Part shown: in pieces, positions 37,476 through 47,295 of the stretch
Position numbering within the stretch: position 1 is the stretch's first letter
How the letters are laid out: the number at the start of each line of letters is the position of its first letter
Source of the DNA: Candidatus Saccharimonadota bacterium
Lineage (GTDB): Bacteria > Patescibacteriota > Saccharimonadia > Saccharimonadales > DTSZ01
Direction of reading: 5' to 3'
DNA: 64,000 nt
Assembly (NCBI GenBank): GCA_012965045.1
Contig: DTSZ01000001.1
Span: forward strand, 591,629-655,628
Notes under the pieces: generated by a model
The model's input: only the letters and a program-made list of their open reading frames with translations
Databases searched by the model: none
Told to the model about the DNA's origin: nothing
Position numbers and translations under genes: made by a program

Positions 37476-38102
37476 CTATGTATCGTTTATCAACAAGTTA
37501 ATCTGACTACTGTCTGCTGGCATATCCCATCTACTCCACTCATCACGGTATCTCTGAAACTCTTCGTCGGGAACCTTATGTAAATGTTTTGGATTAAAGA
37601 CTCGTTGGAACCAACGGATTCCATTCAAGTGATCGACTTCATGCTGTACGATCCGTGCAACAAATCCACTGAATTTATTTATGACAACTTCACCGTATTC
37701 ATTGTGCCAACGAACCTCTACCGCCTCAGAACGTTTAACAACACCGCCATAGCCTGGTAACGAAAAACACCCTTCTCGATCTTCTGCTTGATTGCTACTA
37801 GCCCAAGTTATTACAGGATTTATCATAAAAATATTATTTGGCGTCGGATTAACAGCTTTTGGGTCTGCATCAATATCAACTAAAATCACCCGAGCGTTCC
37901 AACCAATTTGCGGGGCAGCCAGTCCGACCATAGTTTTTGTGCCGGGTGTTGGGTCTTGTATAACTCCAGCAATTTTTTGCATTTGCAGGAGCGCATTTTT
38001 AAATGCAATCGACTTATAATCAATGATCTCTGCAGTTACTTTTTTCAATAGGGGATTGCTTGGTTCTAAGATACTAAATTTATCTTTTTCCCCATCTTCC
38101 AT
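37476..38102 (-). CDS. def: Peptide deformylase.
   Basis: GLAAPQIG, EGCFSLPG and HEVDHLNG. Confidence 0.92.
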   Translation of the reverse strand: MEDGEKDKFSILEPSNPLLKKVTAEIIDYKSIAFKNALLQMQKIAGVIQDPTPGTKTMVGLAAPQIGWNARVILVDIDADPKAVNPTPNNIFMINPVITWASSNQAEDREGCFSLPGYGGVVKRSEAVEVRWHNEYGEVVINKFSGFVARIVQHEVDHLNGIRWFQRVFNPKHLHKVPDEEFQRYRDEWSRWDMPADSSQINLLINDT

Positions 38103-38125
38103 CTTCTAACTACCAGCTTCTAAAT

Positions 38126-39253
38126 CTACAGCCATTTCTTGCCTTTTTTGGTTCTAAATTCTTCGAGTATTTTCTTTTGTTTTTTGCTCAGTTTGGTTGG
38201 CGTGTCTACAAGTACGCGTACAATGTGGTCGCCACGTGATTTACCGCGTAAACTCGGCACACCTTTGTTGGCAATTTTAAAATCTGTACCACTTTGGGTC
38301 CCAGCAGGAATTTTTAGCTTTTCTTTCCCATCAACGGTTTCTAGTTCAATTTCTGTTCCTAGCGCTGCGTCTACCATTGGCACGTGTTCGTCGCTTAAGA
38401 TTAAATTACCTTCTCTCGTGAAGTGCTTATGTGCTTTAACGCGCACATTTACATATAAGTCGCCAGCGTTTCCGTTTGAGGCAACTTCACCGCGGCCAGT
38501 AAGCCGAATCGTAGCTCCATCATAAATACCAGCAGGGACTTTAAGCGTAGTTTTTTTACTCTGTCGAGTAACACCACTGCCACCACATACGCTACATTTT
38601 TTCTCTGGAATTTTCCCTTCACCCTTACATGTCCGACAGGTTCTGGCTTGCTGAAAATTACCAAGCGGCGTTTGCATTACTTGTACTTCTTGACCGCTCC
38701 CTTTGCAGGTGTCACATGTTTTTACATCGTGACCAGGCTCTGCTTTTGTCCCTTTACAATGCTCACATACATCTAGAAGGCTTAGTTCAACTTCTTTTTC
38801 GGTACCAAAAATTGATTCTTCAAATGTTAACTGGACGTTTGTCTCAACATCGCGGCCACGTTCGGTTTGTGTCCTAGTTCGCCGGCCACCACCGCCGCCA
38901 CCAAAAAATCCTTCAAAAATATCACCAAGTCCAAGGTCGCCTAAGTCAACATGTACTCGCTGGCCAGACCCGCCACCAAACCCACCAAAAATGTCTTCAA
39001 AACCACTAAAACCAGCTCCGCCGCCACCGCTCGCTCCGCCAACACCAGCATGTCCGAACTGGTCGTAGCGTTGGCGCTTGCTTTCATCTTTTAATACTTC
39101 ATAGGCTTCAGAGGCTTCTTTAAATTTAGCCTCGTCACCGCCTTCTTTATCTGGGTGATGCTTAATAGCCAATTTTCTAAAAGCCTTTTTTATCTCGTCT
39201 GCGCTGGCGGATTTACTAACTCCTAAAATTTCGTAGTAATCTCGTTTAGCCAT
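38126..39253 (-). CDS. dnaJ: Chaperone DnaJ.
   Basis: J-domain HPD, G/F region and four CxxCxGxG zinc motifs. Confidence 0.97.
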   Translation of the reverse strand: MAKRDYYEILGVSKSASADEIKKAFRKLAIKHHPDKEGGDEAKFKEASEAYEVLKDESKRQRYDQFGHAGVGGASGGGGAGFSGFEDIFGGFGGGSGQRVHVDLGDLGLGDIFEGFFGGGGGGRRTRTQTERGRDVETNVQLTFEESIFGTEKEVELSLLDVCEHCKGTKAEPGHDVKTCDTCKGSGQEVQVMQTPLGNFQQARTCRTCKGEGKIPEKKCSVCGGSGVTRQSKKTTLKVPAGIYDGATIRLTGRGEVASNGNAGDLYVNVRVKAHKHFTREGNLILSDEHVPMVDAALGTEIELETVDGKEKLKIPAGTQSGTDFKIANKGVPSLRGKSRGDHIVRVLVDTPTKLSKKQKKILEEFRTKKGKKWL

Positions 39254-40081
39254 TTAATTTGCCTTTTTGAATGCCTTTATAATCAAATCACTCGGTATTA
39301 ACCGCGTTTCGCTGGCGCTACCTGTCATTACATCGTTAACGCGCTCTTCGTGCGTAAGGTAAATTACCTTTGCGCCATTTTTTTCCGCTGCAAGCATGGC
39401 TGGTTTTAGGTCTTGGTCACTACTCCACAGTACAACAGTATCTACGTTATTGGTTGCTGCCGCTTCCGTCATATCTACCGCTAAGCTAACATCTACACCT
39501 TTTTCGTTAAACGACAGCTCATCCTTTTTAGTAATTGGATTAATACTTGGTCGAATAACTAATTTACCAGCTGCAACAAACTCAACTCCACTATTTGATA
39601 AATAGCCTATCCAGCGTCGTTTATGATCTATCATCTTTAGCGTGCGTTTTTTAAGCTCTGGGTCATCATGTTCTTCGTGTAATTTTGCGCCGTAATACCT
39701 GTCTTCGCGCGGGCCTAGGTCGCCCAACATGTGATTCAGTAACATTTCCATGTCAAACTTCACTAAATCGTCGCGGAATTTTATCAGCTTGGCTTTTCGA
39801 AGCTCGTCAAACAGTTGAAAAAACGTATTTTCACCGTCAATATACACAACTGTTCGGCCACTTTCTGCCTTGGCCGGTGGTGTTGATTGCGCCTTAGTTT
39901 GGGGTTTACGCCTACTCGTAGAATCGTTCTTTTTTGATGCTGGATTTTTTGCGTTATTGCCGCCTGAATTTGATCGGCTAGACGGTTTTTTGCCCGCCTT
40001 GTCTTCTGCCTCATACACATCGTCCAATGCACTCAGCAAGTCTTGTTCTTTTCGTTCTTTAAAACTTAATTTTTTCTTCAT
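39254..40081 (-). CDS. NYN/LabA-like (PIN-like) domain protein with a basic disordered N-terminus.
   Basis: VVYIDGENTF and VDTVVLWSSDQDLKPAMLAAEKNGAKVIYL. Its stop abuts the dnaJ start. Confidence 0.7.
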   Translation of the reverse strand: MKKKLSFKERKEQDLLSALDDVYEAEDKAGKKPSSRSNSGGNNAKNPASKKNDSTSRRKPQTKAQSTPPAKAESGRTVVYIDGENTFFQLFDELRKAKLIKFRDDLVKFDMEMLLNHMLGDLGPREDRYYGAKLHEEHDDPELKKRTLKMIDHKRRWIGYLSNSGVEFVAAGKLVIRPSINPITKKDELSFNEKGVDVSLAVDMTEAAATNNVDTVVLWSSDQDLKPAMLAAEKNGAKVIYLTHEERVNDVMTGSASETRLIPSDLIIKAFKKAN

Positions 40082-40096
40082 TAGCTACAGTCTATC

Positions 40097-40213
40097 TTAC
40101 TTATCGGTAATTTTTTGCTTAATTTCTTCAACATCACTAGCAATTTTCTCTAAATTTGCGTTCATTTTACTTAGTGCTGCTTGTAAATCTTCAACTAATT
40201 CACGTGGGTTCAT
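40097..40213 (-). CDS. Candidate 38-aa coiled-coil peptide (MNPRELVEDLQAALSKMNANLEKIASDVEEIKQKITDK).
   Basis: Hand-found ORF that starts 5 nt after the upstream stop, with AAGGG 10 nt upstream. Below the ORF-track length cutoff. Confidence 0.4.
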   Translation of the reverse strand: MNPRELVEDLQAALSKMNANLEKIASDVEEIKQKITDK

Positions 40214-40218
40214 TGTCT

Positions 40219-40563
40219 CTAACCCTTATCAAAATCTGCTTTGCAGAGTTGGCAATATGATTTCAGTGATCCATACTTAATGAGAGGTGATCTAACTTGG
40301 TCTTTGTCATAACAGGCGATACAAAACCTCAGATTTCCAAAATTTAAATTACCAGTCGCTACTAGCCAAGCCCTGCCGCTGGAGTCAACCTGTAGTTTAC
40401 CTTTTGATGTAATCTTATCAATTTCGTCTTTTAGTTTCTTATTTTCGAGCTGCAAATCAAAGATTTTTTGCTGCGCTTCAAGAATCATATTAAATTCGTC
40501 AATTTTATCTGCAGCGCGTAACGTAGCGCCTGCTTGTTTTAGCCCTTCTAAAACACTAACCAT
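40219..40563 (-). CDS. Coiled-coil protein with a C-terminal CxxC...CxxC zinc ribbon (114 aa).
   Basis: FCIACYDKD...YCQLCKADF. The ATG lies 2 nt after the dnaK stop. Confidence 0.6.
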   Translation of the reverse strand: MVSVLEGLKQAGATLRAADKIDEFNMILEAQQKIFDLQLENKKLKDEIDKITSKGKLQVDSSGRAWLVATGNLNFGNLRFCIACYDKDQVRSPLIKYGSLKSYCQLCKADFDKG

Positions 40564-40565
40564 TG

Positions 40566-42485
40566 CTACTTGTCTTCTCTCTTCTCATTCACAACTTCAC
40601 CCTCTACAGGTTCATCAGACTCTTTGTCGTCTTTCTTGTCGTCGTCACTAGACTCACTACTCTCTTCTCCGTCCTCTGAAGCTGTTTTAGCTGCTTCTTT
40701 ATACATCTTCGCACCAATCGGAGATACCTTATCAAGTAGTGTCTTAGCAGCTTCTTCGAGCTTCTCTTTATCCGTTTCTTCTTGAGATTTCTTAGCTTCC
40801 TCAATTGCTTCTTCAACTGTCTTCTTATCTTCGTCGGACAATTTGTCGCCGTTTTCGTCGATCAGTTTCTGGCCAGTATATATAGCGTTTTCTAATGCGT
40901 TTTTAGCTTCTACTGCTTCGCGTTTTTTCTTGTCTTCTTCAGCGTGAGCTTCGGCATCTTTTTGAGCTTTTTCAATCTCGTCTTTATCTAAGTTGCCGCT
41001 GTCTTTAATAGTAATCGACTGTTCTTTGCCAGTACCTTTGTCTTTGGCCGTAACATTCAAAATTCCGTTAGCGTCAAGATTAAAAGTTACTTCAACTTGC
41101 GGAACACCGCGTGGCGCTGGGGCGATGCCGTCTAAAACAAATCTACCGAGTGATTTGTTATCGGCTACCATTTCTCGTTCACCTTGAACAACATGAACTT
41201 CAACACTTGGCTGGTTGTCTGCTGCTGTTGAAAAAATTTCGCTCTTACTAGTCGGGATAGTAGTGTTTCGTTCAATCAACTTGGTTGTAACGCCACCTAA
41301 GGTTTCTATACCAAGGCTTAGTGGAGTGACGTCTAGAAGCAGCACGTCTTTAACGTCACCTGCTAGTACGCCACCTTGAATCGCAGCACCTACAGCTACA
41401 ACTTCGTCAGGGTTTACACCTTTAAGCGGTTCTTTGCCAAAGATCTCCTTAACTTTAGCTTGCACTGCTGGCATTCGGGTCATACCACCAACCAAAATGA
41501 CTTCGTCGATTTCGCTGGCTTTAAGCTTGGCGTCTTTTAACGCGTCGAGACACGGCTTAGCAGTTTTTTCGATGAGCTTACTTACTAGCTGCTCAAGCTT
41601 GCTACGAGTAAGTTCGTATTCGAAGTTAAGTGGTCCTTCTGCTAAGAACGGTAAGTTAATTTCACTGCTTTGTGCACTCGAAAGCTCAATTTTAGCTTTT
41701 TCAGCAGCCTCTTTAAGCCGCTGCATTGCTTGTGCGTCACCTTTAAGGTCTTTGTCGTGGTCTTTTTTAATTACGTCAAGTAAGTGATTAACAATGACAA
41801 GGTCGAAGTCTTCACCACCAAGGTGAGTATCGCCGTTGGTAGACTTAACTTCAAACACGCCGTCACCTAGCTCCAAGATTGATACGTCAAATGTTCCACC
41901 GCCAAGGTCAAACACGGCAATTTTTTCATCTTTTTGCTTATCAAGACCGTAGGCTAAGGCTGCTGCGGTTGGTTCGTTAATGATTCGCTTAACTTCCAAG
42001 CCAGCAATTTTACCAGCGTCTTTTGTTGCCTGACGCTGGCTGTCGTCAAAGTACGCTGGAACCGTAATTACAGCTTGAGTAACTTTGTCACCTAAATATG
42101 CCTCTGCGTCAGCCTTGAGCTTGCTCAAAATCATTGCTGAAATTTCTTCTGGACTTTGTTCTTTGCCGTCGAGCATTACTCTAGGTTGGTCGTTTTTACC
42201 CTTAACAATCTTATACGGCATAATGTCGATGTCGCGTTGCACTTCTTCGTCTTTAAACTTACGACCAATAAGTCGCTTAACACCAAAAACAGTGTTTTCT
42301 GGGTTGGTGACCCGTTGTCGGTAAGCAACCTTACCAACTAAGCGATTTTTATCTTTACCAATAGCTACAACGCTTGGTGTAGTTCTATCACCTTCGCTGT
42401 TAGCGATAATTTGCGGGCTACCGCCTTCCATAACAGCCATAGCGCTGTTGGTTGTTCCTAAATCTATTCCAATTATCTTTGACAC
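40566..42485 (-). CDS. dnaK: Chaperone DnaK (Hsp70).
   Basis: [18 protein letters not shown] and full-length Hsp70 collinearity. Confidence 0.98.
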   Translation of the reverse strand: MSKIIGIDLGTTNSAMAVMEGGSPQIIANSEGDRTTPSVVAIGKDKNRLVGKVAYRQRVTNPENTVFGVKRLIGRKFKDEEVQRDIDIMPYKIVKGKNDQPRVMLDGKEQSPEEISAMILSKLKADAEAYLGDKVTQAVITVPAYFDDSQRQATKDAGKIAGLEVKRIINEPTAAALAYGLDKQKDEKIAVFDLGGGTFDVSILELGDGVFEVKSTNGDTHLGGEDFDLVIVNHLLDVIKKDHDKDLKGDAQAMQRLKEAAEKAKIELSSAQSSEINLPFLAEGPLNFEYELTRSKLEQLVSKLIEKTAKPCLDALKDAKLKASEIDEVILVGGMTRMPAVQAKVKEIFGKEPLKGVNPDEVVAVGAAIQGGVLAGDVKDVLLLDVTPLSLGIETLGGVTTKLIERNTTIPTSKSEIFSTAADNQPSVEVHVVQGEREMVADNKSLGRFVLDGIAPAPRGVPQVEVTFNLDANGILNVTAKDKGTGKEQSITIKDSGNLDKDEIEKAQKDAEAHAEEDKKKREAVEAKNALENAIYTGQKLIDENGDKLSDEDKKTVEEAIEEAKKSQEETDKEKLEEAAKTLLDKVSPIGAKMYKEAAKTASEDGEESSESSDDDKKDDKESDEPVEGEVVNEKREDK

Positions 42486-42791
42486 TTTTTCCTCCTAAGT
42501 TTTGCAACGTAGCTCTCTGCCCGCGAACAAATTTCGCTGCTCCAGAGCTACTTAAAGCGCATTACTTCGTCAAAACCTACATCACTCGTTCGAAGTACTA
42601 TTTGTACATCTCACTCGTTTTTTGGCTTTTCCTTGTACTGCATCTTTATGCAAAGCTTAGGAGCTAAAAAGCTAGTTACCTGAAAATCTTCTTGCTTGAA
42701 TTTATTAAATTACTTTTTACGAATCACTAGTTACCAAATACGAACTACTGATTCCTAGCAGTTACCTGCCACCAGTGCTAGTTTAGCAGAA

Positions 42792-42818
42792 TTAGCACTC
42801 ACGGTGCAAGAGTGCTAG
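42792..42818. promoter_or_regulatory. CIRCE operator (TTAGCACTC-N9-GAGTGCTAG) upstream of dnaK.
   Basis: Matches the HrcA operator consensus TTAGCACTC-N9-GAGTGCTAA at 17 of 18 positions. Confidence 0.85.
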
Positions 42819-42828
42819 TGCCTAAAAA

Positions 42829-43599
42829 TCACCGCTCTAAGTAACCTTCCATGACATGTGACCTGCCTATACTTAGTTCAATTCCATCCAGACATTTATT
42901 CAGCTCTTCCGCTTGGTCAGCTACGGACGGATTGCCAAGCACATGCAGTTTATACGCCTCCTCAAGCACTTTTAATGATTCTGTGTACTTTTTACGCAAA
43001 TATGCTCGTTTTGTTTTTGATTTCACGGAGTGTAGCCGCTTAGTGTTTTTATATGTATCGATTATTTTAAGGGCTACGGCTTTACCAAACAGCTCTGGGT
43101 CATACTCTTGCTCTGACACATCACCTATAAATTTTTGCCGCAAATTATCAGCATAAAACCGTATTTTATTTTCTTCTGTTGGTTCAATGTCATCTGGAAA
43201 CGGTCTATTGCTTACCATTTGCACAAACAATGCAACTTTTTCAGATTTAGTTATTTTTTCTAGGGCTTCAGTTACGCTCACATCGCCGCTGCCGTTACCC
43301 GACCCTACAAATTGCAATAGTTGTTCAGGGACATCTTCAAACGAATCATGATATAAGCCAGCGATTATAAGGTCAGCATGCTGGTCTGACGCAAATCCCA
43401 CGTGCACCAGTCCTTCTGCTACTTCAAGCAAGTGCAGGTCATAGCTAACGCTGGCATACAGCTTGTCTCTGTGCAGGTCAGAAGCGATATTATGAGCGGA
43501 TCTTATGCGCTCCGCTTCATCAGCACTAAAACTATTCTCAATAATTCCAAAAAACTGGTCTTTTAAATCTTCTACTTCAGGATAGTGCATGTTTTCCAT
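42829..43599 (-). CDS. HD-domain protein with a SpoT/Mesh1-like (p)ppGpp-hydrolase-type motif.
   Basis: HLLEVAEGL...AGLYHDSFEDVPE fits the H...HD..ED pattern of the RelA/SpoT hydrolase domain. Confidence 0.5.
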   Translation of the reverse strand: MENMHYPEVEDLKDQFFGIIENSFSADEAERIRSAHNIASDLHRDKLYASVSYDLHLLEVAEGLVHVGFASDQHADLIIAGLYHDSFEDVPEQLLQFVGSGNGSGDVSVTEALEKITKSEKVALFVQMVSNRPFPDDIEPTEENKIRFYADNLRQKFIGDVSEQEYDPELFGKAVALKIIDTYKNTKRLHSVKSKTKRAYLRKKYTESLKVLEEAYKLHVLGNPSVADQAEELNKCLDGIELSIGRSHVMEGYLER

Positions 43600-43642
43600 G
43601 TCTTATTATGGCATGAAAAAGCAATAACTACGAAGACGGCTG

Positions 43643-44137
43643 TTATTTGTTAATTACTTTAACCATGGCATGGCGAACCACTTCACCATTTAACGAATAG
43701 CCAGTTTGCAGCACCTCTTTAACAAACTCCGTCTCACCATCACCTTCAACGGCCACGGCTTCGTGGTATTCAGGATTGAACAGCTCGTCTTCTACCCCAA
43801 TTTTTTCGACTCCTAAGTTTTGGAGTTCTTTTTCTAGTTGTTGTGCAACCTTCGAAACACCTTGGGCCCAGTCATTATTTTGTAAATCCTCGGGTAAATG
43901 AGCCAGCGCACGGTGAACATTATCCAGTGTTGGCAATAAACTCAGTAAAATCTGTTTTGCTCCAAATGCAATTGAACTAGCGCGGTCTTCTTCGGCGCGT
44001 CGCTTAAAGTTTACAAAGTCAGCTTGGGTGCGCTTTAAGTCACCGGTCAGTGTCTCTACTTCTTGCTCCAAATCGGCAATTTTCTGATCTTTTTTGTTTG
44101 GTTTTTTAGCATTTGAATCTTCTGATTTATTCTTCAT
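43643..44137 (-). CDS. grpE: Nucleotide exchange factor GrpE.
   Basis: The coiled-coil N-terminus and C-terminal pattern (FNPEYHEAV...G..VRHAMV) match GrpE. Confidence 0.9.
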   Translation of the reverse strand: MKNKSEDSNAKKPNKKDQKIADLEQEVETLTGDLKRTQADFVNFKRRAEEDRASSIAFGAKQILLSLLPTLDNVHRALAHLPEDLQNNDWAQGVSKVAQQLEKELQNLGVEKIGVEDELFNPEYHEAVAVEGDGETEFVKEVLQTGYSLNGEVVRHAMVKVINK

Positions 44138-44164
44138 GTTTACCCTTTCAACATTTAGCTGTAT

Positions 44165-44875
44165 TTACAGCACACCTTCCAGTGCTCTGCCTGCGTGGCT
44201 AACGAGCGCCATAGTTTCTTTGTAACTTTGTCTGGTTGGACCCAACACCCCTATGTAGCTATTGTCTGAATACGGCGACCTGAACCTGCTAATGACCAGC
44301 GTACATTCGCTGTTTTTGCCAATTGGGTTCTCTTGGCCAATAAACACACTGAGTGGTTTATTTGGGGCGGCTTCACGTAGCCATGGCTCTAAATTGTCGA
44401 GTAGCTGCGCTACTTGTCGAACACCGCCATGAGCAAACTCAGGCTGTCCAAATAGTTGGCTTAAGCCGCTCATGTACAACGTGCCACCGATTGTTGCTAG
44501 GCCCAGATTATCTGTCATTTCAACCAAGCTGTCTACAGCAGATTTTATAGCTTGCTTTGGTTCGCCAGCATGTTCAACACGCCGATCTAAAACTTGGGTA
44601 CTGCGTGTACTAGCAGCTTGCTCCAGCTTGCCGTGACTGCGAAGATCTTGTAGCTCATTAACATACAGTCTGTAGCCCTTGTCGGTTGGAATTCTGCCGG
44701 CACTGGTGTGGGGGTGTGTAATAAAACCGAGTTTTTCTAGCACTGCCATATCAGCGCGAATTGTCGCAGAACTAACACCAAACACTTTCGCTAAGGTAAC
44801 CGACCCAACAGGTGAAGCTACTTCAGCATACTGCTCTACAATTGCTTCCAATATCTTTTTTTGTCGGGGTGTCAT
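44165..44875 (-). CDS. hrcA: Heat-inducible repressor HrcA, short form.
   Basis: [50 protein letters not shown]. Start set at ATG 44875 so that the CIRCE lies upstream. Confidence 0.85.
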   Translation of the reverse strand: MTPRQKKILEAIVEQYAEVASPVGSVTLAKVFGVSSATIRADMAVLEKLGFITHPHTSAGRIPTDKGYRLYVNELQDLRSHGKLEQAASTRSTQVLDRRVEHAGEPKQAIKSAVDSLVEMTDNLGLATIGGTLYMSGLSQLFGQPEFAHGGVRQVAQLLDNLEPWLREAAPNKPLSVFIGQENPIGKNSECTLVISRFRSPYSDNSYIGVLGPTRQSYKETMALVSHAGRALEGVL

Positions 44876-44895
44876 AGTAGCTAAATTATAGATTT

Positions 44896-44922
44896 TTAGC
44901 ACTCAAATGTCCAGAGTGCTAA
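44896..44922. promoter_or_regulatory. Perfect CIRCE operator (TTAGCACTC-N9-GAGTGCTAA) upstream of hrcA.
   Basis: 18 of 18 match to the consensus. Confidence 0.9.
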
Positions 44923-44950
44923 ATTACTACGTAACCAGCGCTTTTAGCGG

Positions 44951-45679
44951 CTATGCAGTGCGATTATTCAGGTGTGCTTTTAAGTCGTTCAGTAACCGTT
45001 CGGCCTTTTTCTGGCTCCGTTCTTTTCGTTCATCTGGGTCAAGTTTGCCAGTTATTATGTCATCTACGTATCGGGCTGTGTCGGCTAGGTCATCGTTAAC
45101 CACAAAAATATACCCGCCACTGGTTAAAACATGTTCTATTTCCTCGACAGCAGTCTGTAGGCGATCCATTGTTTCGTCTTCACTTAAGTCTCCGCGCCGT
45201 TGCATGCGTTGCTGCCAGGTGTCAAAGTCGGGCGGTAAGACAAAAAAGCACAATAGCTCGGGGTAGAAAGCTCTGATCGCTTCCACACCTTGAACATCAA
45301 TTTCATTAATCGGTTTTTTATTAGATCGAATAGCTCGCTCTAATTCGTCGACGCTAACGCCAGACACTTGCCGGTTATGTATGACTTTTGCTTCCAGCAT
45401 TTCACCGCGGTCGAGCTTGTTAACCATTTCTGCTTCCTTCACAAACCAATATTCGCGCCCGTCCTGCTCCATAACACCATTATTGGCGCGTGGCTGTCGT
45501 GTTGTGTGTGACACCACAGACATATAGTTGCCGGTATTAATCAGTTCAGTTATTAAGGTGTTTTTACCGGCGGCAGTTATACCTACCATAACTACAAAAC
45601 CAGACGATCGCACGGTGTCTTGTGCGCTTTTTGGCATTGTGTAGTTAGTTACAGCTGTCTTTAGCTCGGTAGAAATCAT
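44951..45679 (-). CDS. Guanylate-kinase-like P-loop kinase.
   Basis: GITAAGKNTL P-loop and SHTTRQPR...GREYWFV...EMLEAKV, which fit the GMP kinase pattern. Confidence 0.6.
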   Translation of the reverse strand: MISTELKTAVTNYTMPKSAQDTVRSSGFVVMVGITAAGKNTLITELINTGNYMSVVSHTTRQPRANNGVMEQDGREYWFVKEAEMVNKLDRGEMLEAKVIHNRQVSGVSVDELERAIRSNKKPINEIDVQGVEAIRAFYPELLCFFVLPPDFDTWQQRMQRRGDLSEDETMDRLQTAVEEIEHVLTSGGYIFVVNDDLADTARYVDDIITGKLDPDERKERSQKKAERLLNDLKAHLNNRTA

Positions 45680-45970
45680 TTAATTTAATCTATCATATAA
45701 CGAGCCAGTTAGTATTAAGGCGCCGAGTCCGACTCCAAGTAGTATTAGCGGGTTGTCTCTAAAAAGGTCCACCTTATCAATCAGACCTTCAAAACCGTAC
45801 AGCGTTGCAACAAGACCAAACACCCCAAGTAACGTAAAGACTATCGGGAATCGATCAAAGGCTGATTCTTTTGTGCCTTTTATTTTTTCGGAAACAGCTT
45901 TTTCGGTGTCTAATAGCGCTTTTAAAAATCTACTTACTCTTTTAATCATAGTTTTAGTAGTATATACCAC
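45680..45970 (-). CDS. Small two-TM membrane protein, paralog of 46572-46838.
   Basis: Aligns with the 88-aa paralog (F(D/E)R(F/Y)P(I/L)(V/L)FT, ATLYG/ATFYG, TGSLYDRL/TGKLYEKL). Confidence 0.55.
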   Translation of the reverse strand: MVYTTKTMIKRVSRFLKALLDTEKAVSEKIKGTKESAFDRFPIVFTLLGVFGLVATLYGFEGLIDKVDLFRDNPLILLGVGLGALILTGSLYDRLN

Positions 45971-45977
45971 TAAAACA

Positions 45978-46451
45978 CTAGGCGACTCTGTCTTCTGGGC
46001 TGTTTTCTACTAATCGTTTTAATTGAATAAGGTTTTTCTTAACGAATCGTCTAATCGTTAAAGACAGTACCGGCATCAAGAAGAACCCCACTAGATTAGC
46101 TGGTTCAATATTTTGGGTAAAAGTCAGTCGCGTAGTGTTCGGGGTTTTCCCTTCCTGGAGTTCGTAATGGCCCTTGCCAGTTATTGGGCCTTTTGAAGGT
46201 GCAGTAATCCACGATACTTTAGTAGGGGCAGTGTAGGTTATTTCGCTTACGATTTCGTCTTTGAAAAATAAAAAACGCATTAATGTTCGGTACGTGGCTT
46301 TTGCGTTATTGTTTTCGTTGTCTTCAAGTTTAACTATTTCACGAATCCATTTGTTTCTCTTTTGCTGCAAATTATCGTCACTAGTAACAACTCGCCAGAC
46401 TTCTTCGAGTGGCCGGGTTACTGTAACAGATGTTTTTACAGTGCGTGGCAT
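45978..46451 (-). CDS. SRPBCC/START-like protein.
   Basis: The N-terminal pattern (V..S..V.RPLEEVWRVV) is typical of the polyketide_cyc2/SRPBCC fold. Weak call. Confidence 0.5.
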   Translation of the reverse strand: MPRTVKTSVTVTRPLEEVWRVVTSDDNLQQKRNKWIREIVKLEDNENNNAKATYRTLMRFLFFKDEIVSEITYTAPTKVSWITAPSKGPITGKGHYELQEGKTPNTTRLTFTQNIEPANLVGFFLMPVLSLTIRRFVKKNLIQLKRLVENSPEDRVA

Positions 46452-46571
46452 GTTTATATTCTGATTTAAACCTGGCTCATAAGCAATATGTTATTTACTC
46501 GTTTGCTTCATAAAACTGTGTGATGCAGTAACAGTCGACTACGTGCCGAGCGGGCGGTCGCAAACGCTATA

Positions 46572-46838
46572 CTATTTTAATTTTTCGTACAGCTTACCTG
46601 TAAACCACAGCGTAGAAATACCTAAGAACAAAATTAGTGTTGGATGGTCGGCCAAAATGTCTACACTGCTAATAATTTCTTGCAATCCGTAAAATGTTGC
46701 CACTGCCCCAAAGCTAACTAAAAATGTGAACAGCAACGGATAGCGCTCAAACACCGTGCGTCGGTGCTTTTCGATCCGTTCGTTCATGGCTCGCTCAGCC
46801 TCTTTTGCAGTTTGAGAAACTTTTTTAAGTATTTTCAT
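46572..46838 (-). CDS. Small two-TM membrane protein, paralog of 45680-45970.
   Basis: See the paralog entry. Confidence 0.55.
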   Translation of the reverse strand: MKILKKVSQTAKEAERAMNERIEKHRRTVFERYPLLFTFLVSFGAVATFYGLQEIISSVDILADHPTLILFLGISTLWFTGKLYEKLK

Positions 46839-46860
46839 TATTCTTTAGTAGTATATCAGC

Positions 46861-47292
46861 CTATTCTTCTTCATCTCTTTGATATTTATGCAAAACTCTT
46901 TGTGCACCCTTAAGCCTTAGCATAAGTAAGCTAACCATTCGATCACCGCTCGGGCTGGCGTCAGGGCTGATAGCTATGTGTTCGTGCTGCTCAATACTCA
47001 TTTGAACTTTCTGTGCTTCCTCTTCAATGTAGGCTTGCATTACAGCCGACCGTGGTTCGTGTGGATTATCGTGCACAGCCATATTTGCCCGAATCATATA
47101 ATCTATTGATGTCAGATCAACATATCGTTTTTCTAAAAATTGTTTTAAACCAATGGCTTTATGAAGCAATCCACCATCAGATATTCTAGCCAGCGCATGC
47201 TCGATATCTGCCATATTTTCGGTAATCGAAAGCAGCACGCCACGTTCGACTCTTTCTACTTGGTCGAGTGGGTCGGCGCTAGATTCGGTCAT
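46861..47292 (-). CDS. Hypothetical protein (143 aa).
   Basis: ORF directly downstream of lepA on the same strand. No motif. Confidence 0.5.
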   Translation of the reverse strand: MTESSADPLDQVERVERGVLLSITENMADIEHALARISDGGLLHKAIGLKQFLEKRYVDLTSIDYMIRANMAVHDNPHEPRSAVMQAYIEEEAQKVQMSIEQHEHIAISPDASPSGDRMVSLLMLRLKGAQRVLHKYQRDEEE

Positions 47293-47295
47293 CGC

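Noticed and set aside
38880-39060. G-rich repetitive DNA (ccaccgcc/ccacc runs).
   Set aside because: It encodes the Gly/Phe-rich linker of DnaJ and is not an independent repeat element.
44876-44902. N-terminal extensions offered by the longest-ORF calls for hrcA, rny, ruvA, lepA, murJ, tilS, VKOR and others.
   Set aside because: Internal ATGs restore canonical N-termini. They also place RBS or operator elements, such as the CIRCE before hrcA, upstream of the start.
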